A stretch of DNA of 64,000 bases from Spirochaetia bacterium. GTDB taxonomy: Bacteria > Spirochaetota > Spirochaetia > UBA9216. Under the pieces are notes generated by a model. That model worked only from the letters and a program-made list of their open reading frames with translations. It did no database searches and had not been told where the DNA came from. A program made the position numbers and the translations under genes. The stretch covers positions 882,204 through 946,203 of the forward strand of contig OZ223264.1 in NCBI GenBank assembly GCA_965140585.1, given 5' to 3'. Shown here one piece after another: positions 19,894 to 29,065 of this stretch (positions are counted from its first letter, which is position 1; each line of letters begins with the position of its first letter).

Positions 19894-20817
19894 GTGCAGA
19901 CAGGAAAATGGCATATCAATTCGGGCAAAACGGGTTATAATGAGTTGATGGTTGCCGAGATAAATAATTTTTACAGAAAAGACTATGTTCGCAGAGCCGG
20001 TGTTGTGGATATGTATAAGGAGATAAAGCCGTCTTTTCTTGATTTTCACAGAATGACGGTCAGCAGGGATTATGAATATCCGGGACATCAGCATGAAAAT
20101 TATGAGCTTATCTGGGTTGAGCACGGACCCTATATGTTCAGTCTCAATCATCAGGAGCTTGAAATAAGAAATAATATGTTTGTTGTAATCAAGCCCGGTG
20201 ATCTTCATCAGGATCATCTGAAAAAAGGTCAGTCTCACTTTGTACTCCATTTTTCTCTCAACGAACCACTTTTTTCTCCCCTGGTAACAGCTCCGGAGCA
20301 GATAGGTGCTTCGATCCTTGACGGAGCTGCGAGTATCCTGAATGATATGGAGCAGGAAGCCTCTGTTTCAGGAAATACCGACCGCTTTTCCGGAGCTCTT
20401 CAGGATTCCCTGTTGGAAACCCTCTTCTGGCACATCGCGAGAATTTTGCCTGAAACATCCCTGTCTGAGGTGTTTAGAAATTATTCAGACCGGCAGCTTT
20501 TTGTTTCCAGACTGTATTCTGTTTTCAAAGAAAAACTGAATCAACCGTTGGGAGTTGAAGAGATAGCCGGGAAAATGGGCATTTCAAAAAGGGCATTGTC
20601 GATGAAATGCAGTGAGTACCTCAACAGTTCACCGGCCCGGCTGTATCTGGAATCACGATTTCAGAAGGCGGAGACTCTTCTGAGGCATAGTGATAAAACA
20701 GTTAAAGAAATAAGTATTGAGCTGGGATTTGATTCTCCGTTTAACTTTACACGTGCATATAAGCGGGTGAGGGGCCTTACACCTTCCGAGTTCAGGGAAC
20801 TGAATGATTTTTCCTGA
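19894..20817 (+). CDS. AraC family regulator (cupin + HTH), divergent from deoC
   Basis: HQHENYE..IKPGDLHQD and LGFDSPFNFTRAYKRVRGLTP. Start uncertain (19894, 19948 or 20011). Confidence 0.9.
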   Translation: MQTGKWHINSGKTGYNELMVAEINNFYRKDYVRRAGVVDMYKEIKPSFLDFHRMTVSRDYEYPGHQHENYELIWVEHGPYMFSLNHQELEIRNNMFVVIKPGDLHQDHLKKGQSHFVLHFSLNEPLFSPLVTAPEQIGASILDGAASILNDMEQEASVSGNTDRFSGALQDSLLETLFWHIARILPETSLSEVFRNYSDRQLFVSRLYSVFKEKLNQPLGVEEIAGKMGISKRALSMKCSEYLNSSPARLYLESRFQKAETLLRHSDKTVKEISIELGFDSPFNFTRAYKRVRGLTPSEFRELNDFS

Positions 20818-20842
20818 TAAGCATTAAGTATCAACAATAAAT

Positions 20843-21808
20843 TTAAAGAAGCGCTGAACTCTTTCTTTTGATTATCTCCCTGGCCGTTGCTTCATCGGTT
20901 ATCAGAGATTTTATATAATTCTGCGAGGCTGCGCTTATTATTGCATCAGCCTTTCGCATCCCGCTGGCGATTGCTATAACGTTCGGAATCTGCTGCAGCG
21001 TTTCAAGATCCATACTGGTCATCATATAATTTTCAGGCATTTTGAGTATTTCGTGATCATCGTAGAATACATGACCAAGCAGATTCCCGTGCGGTTTAGA
21101 AAAAGCCCTGCTTGTATCGATTTCCCTGCCAAAAAAAGATACCTCTTCCAGATATGGATAATCAATATTCAGGGGGCCTCCCACTGAAAGCACCACTGTA
21201 TCAAGCTGACTGTATGACTGAAGCAGTTCCTTATGCCGGTTAAGGTCCAGATCCGTCATCAGGTTGCGGTTAATGCAGATTGGAAAGTTGTTGTAATGAC
21301 ATGCTCCACCGAACGGCCTTGCAAATGAGTCAAGAAGCACTCCTGCCTGGAGGTAGGTATTGTCTGTTCCGGAGGTTCCGACTATAGAGTAAAAATCAGG
21401 AGGCTGAGGGAGACTTTGTTTTGTAAGCTGTGAAGCGGTGTGATACAGGGTTTTCCCGAGACCGATACCTATACGTCTGCTTTTGAGCAGTACCTCTTCA
21501 AGACGCCGGGCGGCAAAAAAATACATTGATTCATCCGGATTCCCTTCAGAGGACAGACTGGGGGCGATAAATACATCTGCAAGGTTCAGTGAAGAGCATA
21601 ACTGTTCAGACAATGTTTCCAGATCCTGATCTTCAGGGGCTGCAATTTTTATGCTGACAAAGCCCAGCTCTCTCGCCATTTTAAGGATCCGTGAAATCTG
21701 GGATCTGTGAATATTCTCTTTATCAGCTATTTCCTGCTGGCTCAGACGATCAAGATAGTAATCCTTTGCAATCCTGAGTATTACCATCTTGTCAACGTTC
21801 AGCGTCAT
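20843..21808 (-). CDS. SorC/DeoR(Bacillus-type) sugar-binding transcriptional regulator
   Basis: IAKDYYLDRLSQQEIA..RSQISR HTH, IGIGLGKTL and LITDEATA. Confidence 0.9.
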   Translation of the reverse strand: MTLNVDKMVILRIAKDYYLDRLSQQEIADKENIHRSQISRILKMARELGFVSIKIAAPEDQDLETLSEQLCSSLNLADVFIAPSLSSEGNPDESMYFFAARRLEEVLLKSRRIGIGLGKTLYHTASQLTKQSLPQPPDFYSIVGTSGTDNTYLQAGVLLDSFARPFGGACHYNNFPICINRNLMTDLDLNRHKELLQSYSQLDTVVLSVGGPLNIDYPYLEEVSFFGREIDTSRAFSKPHGNLLGHVFYDDHEILKMPENYMMTSMDLETLQQIPNVIAIASGMRKADAIISAASQNYIKSLITDEATAREIIKRKSSALL

Positions 21809-21849
21809 CAGCGCTCCTTAATGTGCAATCCGGATTTGAAATCTTATAA

Positions 21850-21977
21850 TCACATTTGTGACTTGTCAAGCTTGGATGGAATTCAGTCTTTTATCCTGAA
21901 AGTTTTAATTGACTTGTGCAGGATGTTGATTTATTATTTTGATAAATTGAAATAACATATGTGAATCACAAATGTGA
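21850..21977. promoter_or_regulatory. Three copies of a TCACA-NN-TGTGA-like palindromic operator in the divergent promoter region
   Basis: TCACATTTGTGA at 21850-21861, TAACATATGTGA at 21953-21964 and TCACAAATGTGA at 21966-21977. Confidence 0.65.
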
Positions 21978-22038
21978 ATAGCTGCAACACTAAATAACAG
22001 CAGCAAAACAGGGAGAAGATTAAAAACGGGAGTGGGGT

Positions 22039-22893
22039 ATGCAGGAGAAACTAAGCAGTACGGAGGTTCTTGGTGAACCTCTGTTTATAAGCAGATCTTC
22101 AAAAATTTATAAGTGGAAAGAAAACCAGCTGATAAAACTTTTTAATGAAGAAATTGAATCTGAACTGATTGATAATGAAGAGATAAACTCGAAGGAGACT
22201 TTTTCCAGGGGAATCTCGAGTGTTAAATGTTACGGCCAGATAAGTGTAGGAACGCAGACCGGGCTGATAATAGAAAAAATACCGGGAATGCCTCTGATAA
22301 GTCTTGCAGGGGCAAAGCCCCTTACAGCCTTTAATGTCCCCAAGCTTATGGTTCAGCTGCAGCTTGCGATGCATGAAACTCATACTGAAGTAATTAGAAG
22401 CTATAAGGATATGGTCAGAGAGGCCCTGAAGTCTGAACCCCTGGATTTTCTTACGGTTACTGAAAGGACTATGGTTGATAAGCTGCTTCAGAACCTTCCT
22501 GATGGAAGCTCGATACTTCATCTTGATTTTCATCCTGATAATATAATGTCTGATACAAAAGCAACCTCGATAATTGACTGGATGACCGCAGCGCGGGGGG
22601 TGCCGGCCGCTGATGTTGCTGCAACTCTCTTTCTCCTTAATGAATGTGAAATGATTCCCGGTTTTAACAGGATTACAGCAGCGGTCCTTGAAGGAATCAG
22701 AAAAACCATCTGCAGAAATTATCTGAAGCAGTACAAAAAGGCTTCGGGGATATGTGATGAAGAAATTACATGCTGGAGGCTTCCATTCATGATTGTGCGG
22801 CTGGGCCTCTGGAACATTGAAAGTGAGCGTGAAACCTTGCAGCAGAAAATTAAAGTTGCCATTCTGGAAATAAACGAACTGGAGTGTAAATGA
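22039..22893 (+). CDS. APH/choline kinase-like phosphotransferase
   Basis: LIKLF, Brenner motif HLDFHPDNI and IIDW..A..G.PAADVA. Confidence 0.85.
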   Translation: MQEKLSSTEVLGEPLFISRSSKIYKWKENQLIKLFNEEIESELIDNEEINSKETFSRGISSVKCYGQISVGTQTGLIIEKIPGMPLISLAGAKPLTAFNVPKLMVQLQLAMHETHTEVIRSYKDMVREALKSEPLDFLTVTERTMVDKLLQNLPDGSSILHLDFHPDNIMSDTKATSIIDWMTAARGVPAADVAATLFLLNECEMIPGFNRITAAVLEGIRKTICRNYLKQYKKASGICDEEITCWRLPFMIVRLGLWNIESERETLQQKIKVAILEINELECK

Positions 22894-24119
22894 CTGAAAA
22901 TCAGGAAACCGCGGAAAGTCTTCTGGATTACAGCGGACGACTTAAGACCGCAGGAATGGATCTGGATAATTCCGTTATTGCAGCACGATTTAACGGCGGT
23001 CAGTTTCTTATTCTTGAAAATGGTGGGGAGAATGCTGAGGTTTTAACAAGGGTAGAGCTCCTTCGAAGGCATCCTGCTGTTTATGGAATATTCCGCCGGA
23101 GCCGGAAGGTTAGTGCTGTAATCAGAGGCGCGTCAAAGTTCTGTTCGGTTGCTGCTGAGGCCGGGGGAAGAATCCCGCCGGTTCTTGATGATATGGCACA
23201 GATTCTCGGAGTCTATGTAAAACACTGTTCTCCTTTTAATACATTTCGGCTGCTTCGAATCACAGGCGGTAACGGCGCATGTCTGACCGGTCCTTCAAAG
23301 GGACTGGCACCGGGGCTTCTGGCTGTCGGAGCCGATCTGCGCACAGCCTACACTGCAGCACTTGTGATTGAGAAGGCGGCACAGGTACATGTTCAGGCCG
23401 GACAGCTTGGGGATGCTAAACCTCTGCCGCTGATTGAAGCAATGCTGATGCATTTCGCATATAAACTGGCCTATTCAAAAAAGGCGGCGGCAGTTAAACA
23501 TCAGAGTGTATCTGATATCGATAGAAAAATTGACCAGGATGAGCTGAAGCTGCGCCGTGAGATCATAAGTCTTGGAAACCGGCTGGTGGAAAGTAATCTT
23601 GTGCAGGGAACCTGGGGGAATATTTCAGTACGGCTTGATGAGGACTATATGCTCTGTACACCTTCCGGAATGGATTACTCTACGATCAATGAATACGACA
23701 TTGTCAGGGTTAATATCAGCACTCTGGAATATGAGGGAGCTGTGAAGCCAACCGGTGAAAAATCGTTTCATGCAGCCCTTCTTGCTGCACATCCGGATGT
23801 CAGCTGTATTATTCACAGCCATCCGTCAAACTGCAGTGTTTTTGCCGCTGCACATAAACAAATCATTCCGTTTGATCTGGAAAGCGCTGCTCTGCTTGGC
23901 GGGGAAATAAGGCTTGCTGAATACGGACTGCCCTCATCAAAAAGGCTGTCGGATAATGTTGTTTCTGCCATTCGGGAAAATAGAGCCTGCGTGATGGAGA
24001 ATCACGGCATGGTAGTCTGCGGAACAGATATGGAAGACGCTTTTGCAAAGTGCAGAGCAGCCGAGAAAAGTGCCGAAGAGCAGCTGAAGTCTCTGGAAAA
24101 GGAAAAAATTATTGTATGA
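22890..24119 (+). CDS. Class II aldolase/adducin family protein, two tandem domains
   Basis: The C-terminal domain has GTWGNIS, TPSG, TGE, HSHP and NHG. The N-terminal domain has the same pattern (LDDMAQ, ALVIEKAA) without the His ligands. Confidence 0.82.
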   Translation: MTENQETAESLLDYSGRLKTAGMDLDNSVIAARFNGGQFLILENGGENAEVLTRVELLRRHPAVYGIFRRSRKVSAVIRGASKFCSVAAEAGGRIPPVLDDMAQILGVYVKHCSPFNTFRLLRITGGNGACLTGPSKGLAPGLLAVGADLRTAYTAALVIEKAAQVHVQAGQLGDAKPLPLIEAMLMHFAYKLAYSKKAAAVKHQSVSDIDRKIDQDELKLRREIISLGNRLVESNLVQGTWGNISVRLDEDYMLCTPSGMDYSTINEYDIVRVNISTLEYEGAVKPTGEKSFHAALLAAHPDVSCIIHSHPSNCSVFAAAHKQIIPFDLESAALLGGEIRLAEYGLPSSKRLSDNVVSAIRENRACVMENHGMVVCGTDMEDAFAKCRAAEKSAEEQLKSLEKEKIIV

Positions 24120-25897
24120 GCAGTATCAGTAAAATCCGCAGAAAGATAAATGAAATTTCTCCGGATATAAAAATATCTGAGGTAAGGAACTGCATAGTTC
24201 TGGAAGGTGAGGTTGACAGCTGGGAAACCGTTGTAAAGGCAGGGCAGGCTGCGGTAGATAAAAAGCATTATCTTGGTGTGATTAATAATATAAATCTTAA
24301 AAATTTTACACAGCAGCGGATACTTCCCGAAGTAAATGATTATGAACTTGATGGGCTCAAAACGGATGTTCTGATAATCGGAGGCGGAATTACCGGCTGT
24401 TCCATTGCGCGCGAACTTTCAAGATACAAACTGAATGTAATTCTTGTCGAGAAGGGTGAGGATGTCGCTGTAGGGGCCTCCAGAGCCAACGGCGGGGTTG
24501 TCCATGTCGGTATTAACTTTTCCAGAAAATCACAGAAGCACTATTACAATATCAGAGGAAACAGAATGTACGCAGGGCTTTCGAAAGCCCTTGATGTTCC
24601 ATTTGAGCAGGAAGGACAGATAATGCTCTGCAGCAAAAACTGGGAGCGCCTTCCTGTTTTCCTTCTGAGGCTGAATGCAAAACTTCTCGGCATTCCCGGC
24701 GTTAAATATCTAAAAAGGGAAGAGCTTAAAAAATATGAGCCAGAGCTTCCTGATTTTGCAATAGGCGGAATGTATATGCCTATAGGCGGTATAACAAATC
24801 CTTATGAGATGACCGTTGCACTGGCCGAGAATGCTGTTTCAAACGGAGTCCGGCTGAGCCTCAATACTGTTGTTACCGGCATGACGGTGGGTGATGGTAA
24901 AATTAAAAGCGTCCTCACAAACCGGGGCAGAATGTACCCTCGGCTTGTGATAAATGCGGCCGGTGTCTATTCGGATGAAATTGCTGAGATGGCGGGTGAC
25001 AGAACCTTCACAATTCATCCGAGACGGGGCACTAATATAATTACCGATAAAAAAGCCGGTTACATGGTCAGATCAAGTATGGGTAAATCACCCTTCAGTA
25101 TTCTTCCTTACCAGGAGGCTGATAAACCCAAGGGGCTGAAAAAGCGTATCCGTTTTTTCCTCGATACAATAACCAGTAAAAGCCATACGAAGGGTGTGGG
25201 GCTTATTCATTCTGTTCATGGAAATATGCTTATCGGTCCAAACGCTGTAGAGACTCCCGATCGGGAAAATACGGCTACAAACAGAGCTGAAGTTGAATCT
25301 ATAATAAACATGCAGCAGCATATAGCCGTAGACTTAAAATACTCCGATATCATCGCATATTTTACCGGTGTCCGTGCAGCGACATATGAAGAGGATTTTG
25401 TGGTGAGAAAGGGGATATTCACAAAGAATATTCTGCAGGCTGCCGGTATTCAGTCGCCCGGAATTACTGCTGCGCCTGCTATTGCAGTTGATATCTGTAA
25501 ATGGGCAATTGATTTTTTCGGCGGCGGAACAGAGCTCAAAAAAGAAGACCAATACAGTATGAGCCGCAAAGCAAAACTAAAACTTTCGGAAATCAGTGAT
25601 GAGGAACGAGATGCTCTTATAAAGAAAAATCCTGATTATGGAATCATAGTCTGCCGCTGTGAGGAAGTCAGCCGAGGCGAAATTATTGACGCTCTAAATT
25701 CCCCGCTTTGTGTCCCTACACTTGACGGAATTAAGCGACGGCTTAGACCCGGAATGGGACGCTGCCAGGGCGGCTTTTGCTCACCGCTTATTACGCAGAT
25801 TATAGCGGAGCATCAGGGAATAAGCCTTTCCGGAGTAAGAAAGGGCAGTCCGGGTTCTGTTGTAACTTTAGGAACGGTACAGGAGCTCGGTAAATGA
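24116..25897 (+). CDS. FAD-dependent oxidoreductase, GlpA/LhgO-like, with an N-terminal BON-like domain and a C-terminal BFD-like [2Fe-2S] domain
   Basis: IIGGGITG, ASRANGGVVH, GIQSPGITAAPA and CRCEE..GMGRCQGGFC. ATG 24116 overlaps the upstream TGA. Confidence 0.85.
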   Translation: MSSISKIRRKINEISPDIKISEVRNCIVLEGEVDSWETVVKAGQAAVDKKHYLGVINNINLKNFTQQRILPEVNDYELDGLKTDVLIIGGGITGCSIARELSRYKLNVILVEKGEDVAVGASRANGGVVHVGINFSRKSQKHYYNIRGNRMYAGLSKALDVPFEQEGQIMLCSKNWERLPVFLLRLNAKLLGIPGVKYLKREELKKYEPELPDFAIGGMYMPIGGITNPYEMTVALAENAVSNGVRLSLNTVVTGMTVGDGKIKSVLTNRGRMYPRLVINAAGVYSDEIAEMAGDRTFTIHPRRGTNIITDKKAGYMVRSSMGKSPFSILPYQEADKPKGLKKRIRFFLDTITSKSHTKGVGLIHSVHGNMLIGPNAVETPDRENTATNRAEVESIINMQQHIAVDLKYSDIIAYFTGVRAATYEEDFVVRKGIFTKNILQAAGIQSPGITAAPAIAVDICKWAIDFFGGGTELKKEDQYSMSRKAKLKLSEISDEERDALIKKNPDYGIIVCRCEEVSRGEIIDALNSPLCVPTLDGIKRRLRPGMGRCQGGFCSPLITQIIAEHQGISLSGVRKGSPGSVVTLGTVQELGK

Positions 25898-27189
25898 AAA
25901 CAACAGATGTTACAGTGATAGGCGGCGGTCCGGCCGGCCTTGCTGCGGCAATTGCCGCGGAGAAAAGCGGAGCCGCTGTACTTTTAATTGAAAGAGAAGC
26001 ACGCCTTGGCGGCATCCTCAAACAGTGCATTCATGACGGATTCGGAATTGTTCGCTTTAAAGAGAAACTGACAGGTCCTGAATATGCTGAAAGGTTTACC
26101 TGCGAGCTGCTGGAGCGCAGAATCGATACTATGGTTCTTACATTCGTTACCGCGATTGAGAAAAGGGAGGGCCTCTTCCATATTACTACAGTCAGCAGGG
26201 AAGGGGTGAGTGTCATCGCTTCAAAGACCATCATCCTTGCTACAGGATGCCGGGAGAGAACGGCCAGACAGGTTTTTATACACGGCACACGGCCCTCGGG
26301 AATTTTTACCGCCGGGACCGCACAGCATTACATCAACATCCTCGGTGAGATGCCCACAAAGCGCTGTGTGATTCTTGGAAGCGGAGACATCGGGCTGATT
26401 ATGGCACGCAGGCTGTCCCTGGAAGGAGCGGAGGTTATAGGCGTCTATGAGGCCAAGCCAACCCCTTCTGGGCTTACGCGCAATATTCATCAGTGCCTGA
26501 ACGATTATGATATACCACTCCATCTTTCAAAGACTGTTACAAGGGTATTCGGAAATGAAAGGCTCACCGCCGTTGAGGTAAGTTCAGTGGATGAAAAGAT
26601 GCAGCCTCTCTCCGGCACAGCTGAAATTATTGAATGCGATTCTCTTATTCTGTCTGTAGGTTTGATTCCGGAGAATGAACTGGCTGACAAGCTTGGAGTC
26701 CGGATAGATCCGCTTACCAAGGGCCCTCTATGCAATTCAAAGCTTATGACTTCTGTCGAAGCTGTTTTCGCCTGCGGCAACGCACTGCATGTAAACGATC
26801 TTGTAGATTATGTTTCAGAGAGCGGTGAGTTTGCCGGGAAGGCAGCGGCTGAGTACAGTGCTGCCAGGCAGGAAGGGGCGGCTTGCTGTGATGCTGAATC
26901 AACTGCAGTTGACATTAAACCGGCTGTTATTTCTCCAGGACAGGGGCTGGCCTATGTTGTACCACAGCGACTATCAGTTGATGATTCAGAAGAAGAGACA
27001 GTTCTGTTTTTCAGAAGCCGTGAAATACTATCAGACTGTTTTCTTGTTATCAGGATAGACGGTGCAGAGGTCTTCCGTAAAAAGTACGGTTTTATGAAAC
27101 CGCCGGAGATGGAAAGGCTTGAATACCGCTTCGGGCAGCATAATCTGCCCGCTCGTGCTCAAATCACTCTGGAAATTGAGGTAGCTTGA
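25894..27189 (+). CDS. NAD(P)/FAD-dependent oxidoreductase (partner of the GlpA-like subunit)
   Basis: GGGPAGL, LGGILKQCIHDGFG, ATGCRER, GSGDIGLIMARR and FACGNALHVNDLVD. Confidence 0.88.
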   Translation: MKTTDVTVIGGGPAGLAAAIAAEKSGAAVLLIEREARLGGILKQCIHDGFGIVRFKEKLTGPEYAERFTCELLERRIDTMVLTFVTAIEKREGLFHITTVSREGVSVIASKTIILATGCRERTARQVFIHGTRPSGIFTAGTAQHYINILGEMPTKRCVILGSGDIGLIMARRLSLEGAEVIGVYEAKPTPSGLTRNIHQCLNDYDIPLHLSKTVTRVFGNERLTAVEVSSVDEKMQPLSGTAEIIECDSLILSVGLIPENELADKLGVRIDPLTKGPLCNSKLMTSVEAVFACGNALHVNDLVDYVSESGEFAGKAAAEYSAARQEGAACCDAESTAVDIKPAVISPGQGLAYVVPQRLSVDDSEEETVLFFRSREILSDCFLVIRIDGAEVFRKKYGFMKPPEMERLEYRFGQHNLPARAQITLEIEVA

Positions 27190-27190
27190 A

Positions 27191-27550
27191 ATGACTGAAA
27201 TTGTATGTATTGAATGCCCGAAAGGCTGTATTTTGAAAATAGGCGGGGAGTCGGGTAAGCCTGATATCAGTGGATACAGCTGTCCAAGAGGAAAAGACTT
27301 TGCTTTATCCGAGATAATTTCTCCAATGAGAACCCTCAGCTCTACAGTAAGGACCGTTTTTTCAGATACCCCGGTTGTCCCTGTGAAGGTCTCAGCCGAA
27401 ATCCCCAAGTCAAGGATTTTTGATGTGATGCATGAAATTCACAAGGTAAGGCTGGGAAACCGGCTTGGTTCAGGTGATGTAGTGATCGGGAATGTCCTGG
27501 GACTTGGTGTTGAGGTTGTGCTCACGAGTAATATGCTCAGGGAGTTTTAG
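27191..27550 (+). CDS. DUF1667 family small Cys-rich protein
   Basis: CIECPKGC..CPRG, P.RTLSSTV and PVK...IPK; standard third gene of this triad. Confidence 0.82.
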   Translation: MTEIVCIECPKGCILKIGGESGKPDISGYSCPRGKDFALSEIISPMRTLSSTVRTVFSDTPVVPVKVSAEIPKSRIFDVMHEIHKVRLGNRLGSGDVVIGNVLGLGVEVVLTSNMLREF

Positions 27551-27588
27551 GTTGTCGATTTAATTTGCGATATTAAATTTACATGATC

Positions 27589-27614
27589 GGGCCGTGCTCA
27601 TATGGAGCCGGCCC
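27589..27614. terminator. Hairpin between convergent genes
   Basis: GGGCCG-TGCTC-ATAT-GGAGC-CGGCCC imperfect stem. Confidence 0.45.
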
Positions 27615-27622
27615 TTCGGTAT

Positions 27623-28342
27623 TTATTTATAATTACGTGGGATATCAGATACATCCCGATTTTCATTGCGTATGAATTCTTTGGAGAGGTATGGGAACTT
27701 GGCCACTTTAACACGGATTTCTTTTTGCAGCGCTTTCTTTCCTCTGCAATCATGGTTAAAGTTGACCAGAAAGCCCCAACCCACATCATATGAAGTTACA
27801 AAGCGGGACTGCAGATCATCCCCAACGCTTCCCCAAAGTCTTCTGTTTCGATTATACATACTGAACATTGGATTGCTGTCACAGAATGCTTCAAGTCCAT
27901 CGTCATCTGATTCATACCATGGCAGCGGGTAGTGAATATGGATGTTAGGAAAACCTGCTTCGGTATGGTTCATAAGGTTATAGGCATTTATACCGAGCTT
28001 TTTTGCTCCGAATGACTGTCCAGCCTTCCAGATCTTTTCGTATATATCCTCGAATTCATCCATTGGTTCGTGTACTTCATAGGCAAGGTTACCGCTCACA
28101 TCCATTCCGCTTGTTTCAAGAAAATACTGAATGGGCGGATTAAGCCAATAGGTCCTGTAGGTGTCATCTGAAATCTTGAGAACAACTCCAGCAGTCATTA
28201 TTTGCCCTTTCTTATTGCAGATTACGGCATGTCTGATTCCATTCGGTCCGAGTTTTGAGAAATCATTTATACAGATTGAATTAAGAAATTTTACAGCATC
28301 GAATCCTTTTACATCAAAGATAGGACACTTCAGAATAAACAT
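27623..28342 (-). pseudogene. Aminomethyltransferase (GcvT/LigM-like) remnant, 5'-truncated with two internal in-frame deletions
   Basis: VKGFDAVKFLNSICIND..GQIMTAGVV, SGNLAYEVH, HTEAGF and FNHD.RGKKAL. Only 239 aa, with abrupt jumps at about 28095 and 27722. Confidence 0.72.
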
Positions 28343-28975
28343 CTGCAGATATCCCAGTCTTTTAAAGAAAAGGAGATTCTTTTAAGAGAAGTTCATCACA
28401 GGGTAAAGAATAATTTATCGCTTGTTATATCCTTTCTTTCTCTTCAGTCTGATGTAGTAAGTAATGAGGAACTGCTTGACGTCCTGGGTAAGCTGCAGAA
28501 CAGGAGATATGCCATGTCGCTTGTACACGAACAGCTGTACAAGGATAATAAAATAGAACTGATCGATATACAGGAATATCTGAGAGAATTGTGTGATTCA
28601 GTGATATACAGTTATCACGATAAAAGTAAATTATCAGTTACATATAACCTTCAGGTCGAAGAACAGAATCTGACTATGGACCTGATGATTCCAATAGGTC
28701 TGGTTTTTAATGAACTGGTTACCAATTCAATAAAACATGCTTTCGATGGAATAGCTGATCCTGCCATTTTAATCAGAGGTAGAAAGGACGCTGATCAATA
28801 TATCTTTGAATACAGGGATAATGGTGTGGGCTTTTCCGGAAAAACTGCATCGAAGGAGAATAATTCGCTGGGCATGCTTATTATAAGCACTCTTATGATT
28901 CAGATTGAGGGTGACTATAAGGTTGACGGTTCAGATGGTCTGAGGGTGAGTTTCTCAGTTCCGCTGCCTAAGTAA
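28343..28975 (+). pseudogene. HisKA_2/HATPase histidine kinase fragment lacking its sensor domain and start codon
   Basis: The frame upstream of the track ORF reads EKEILLREVHHRVKNNL, with no start codon back to TGA 28277. N box NELVTNSIKHAF and G box DNGVG are present. Confidence 0.75.
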
Positions 28976-29065
28976 ACCGCACTGCTCCAGAAGAAGCAAG
29001 AAAGCATATCCCGCCGCCTGGAGGAATTGTTGTATTCCTTTGGCTTGGAGATTTCAGTACAGATC

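Noticed and set aside
21960-21970. TGTGAATCACA as a CRP box linking the cyclase to sugar catabolism
   Set aside because: The spacer is 1 bp rather than 6; it arises from two abutting TCACA-NN-TGTGA-type sites.
24050-24115. N-terminal extension of the GlpA-like ORF given in the track
   Set aside because: It overlaps the aldolase gene; ATG 24116 gives a standard ATGA coupling.
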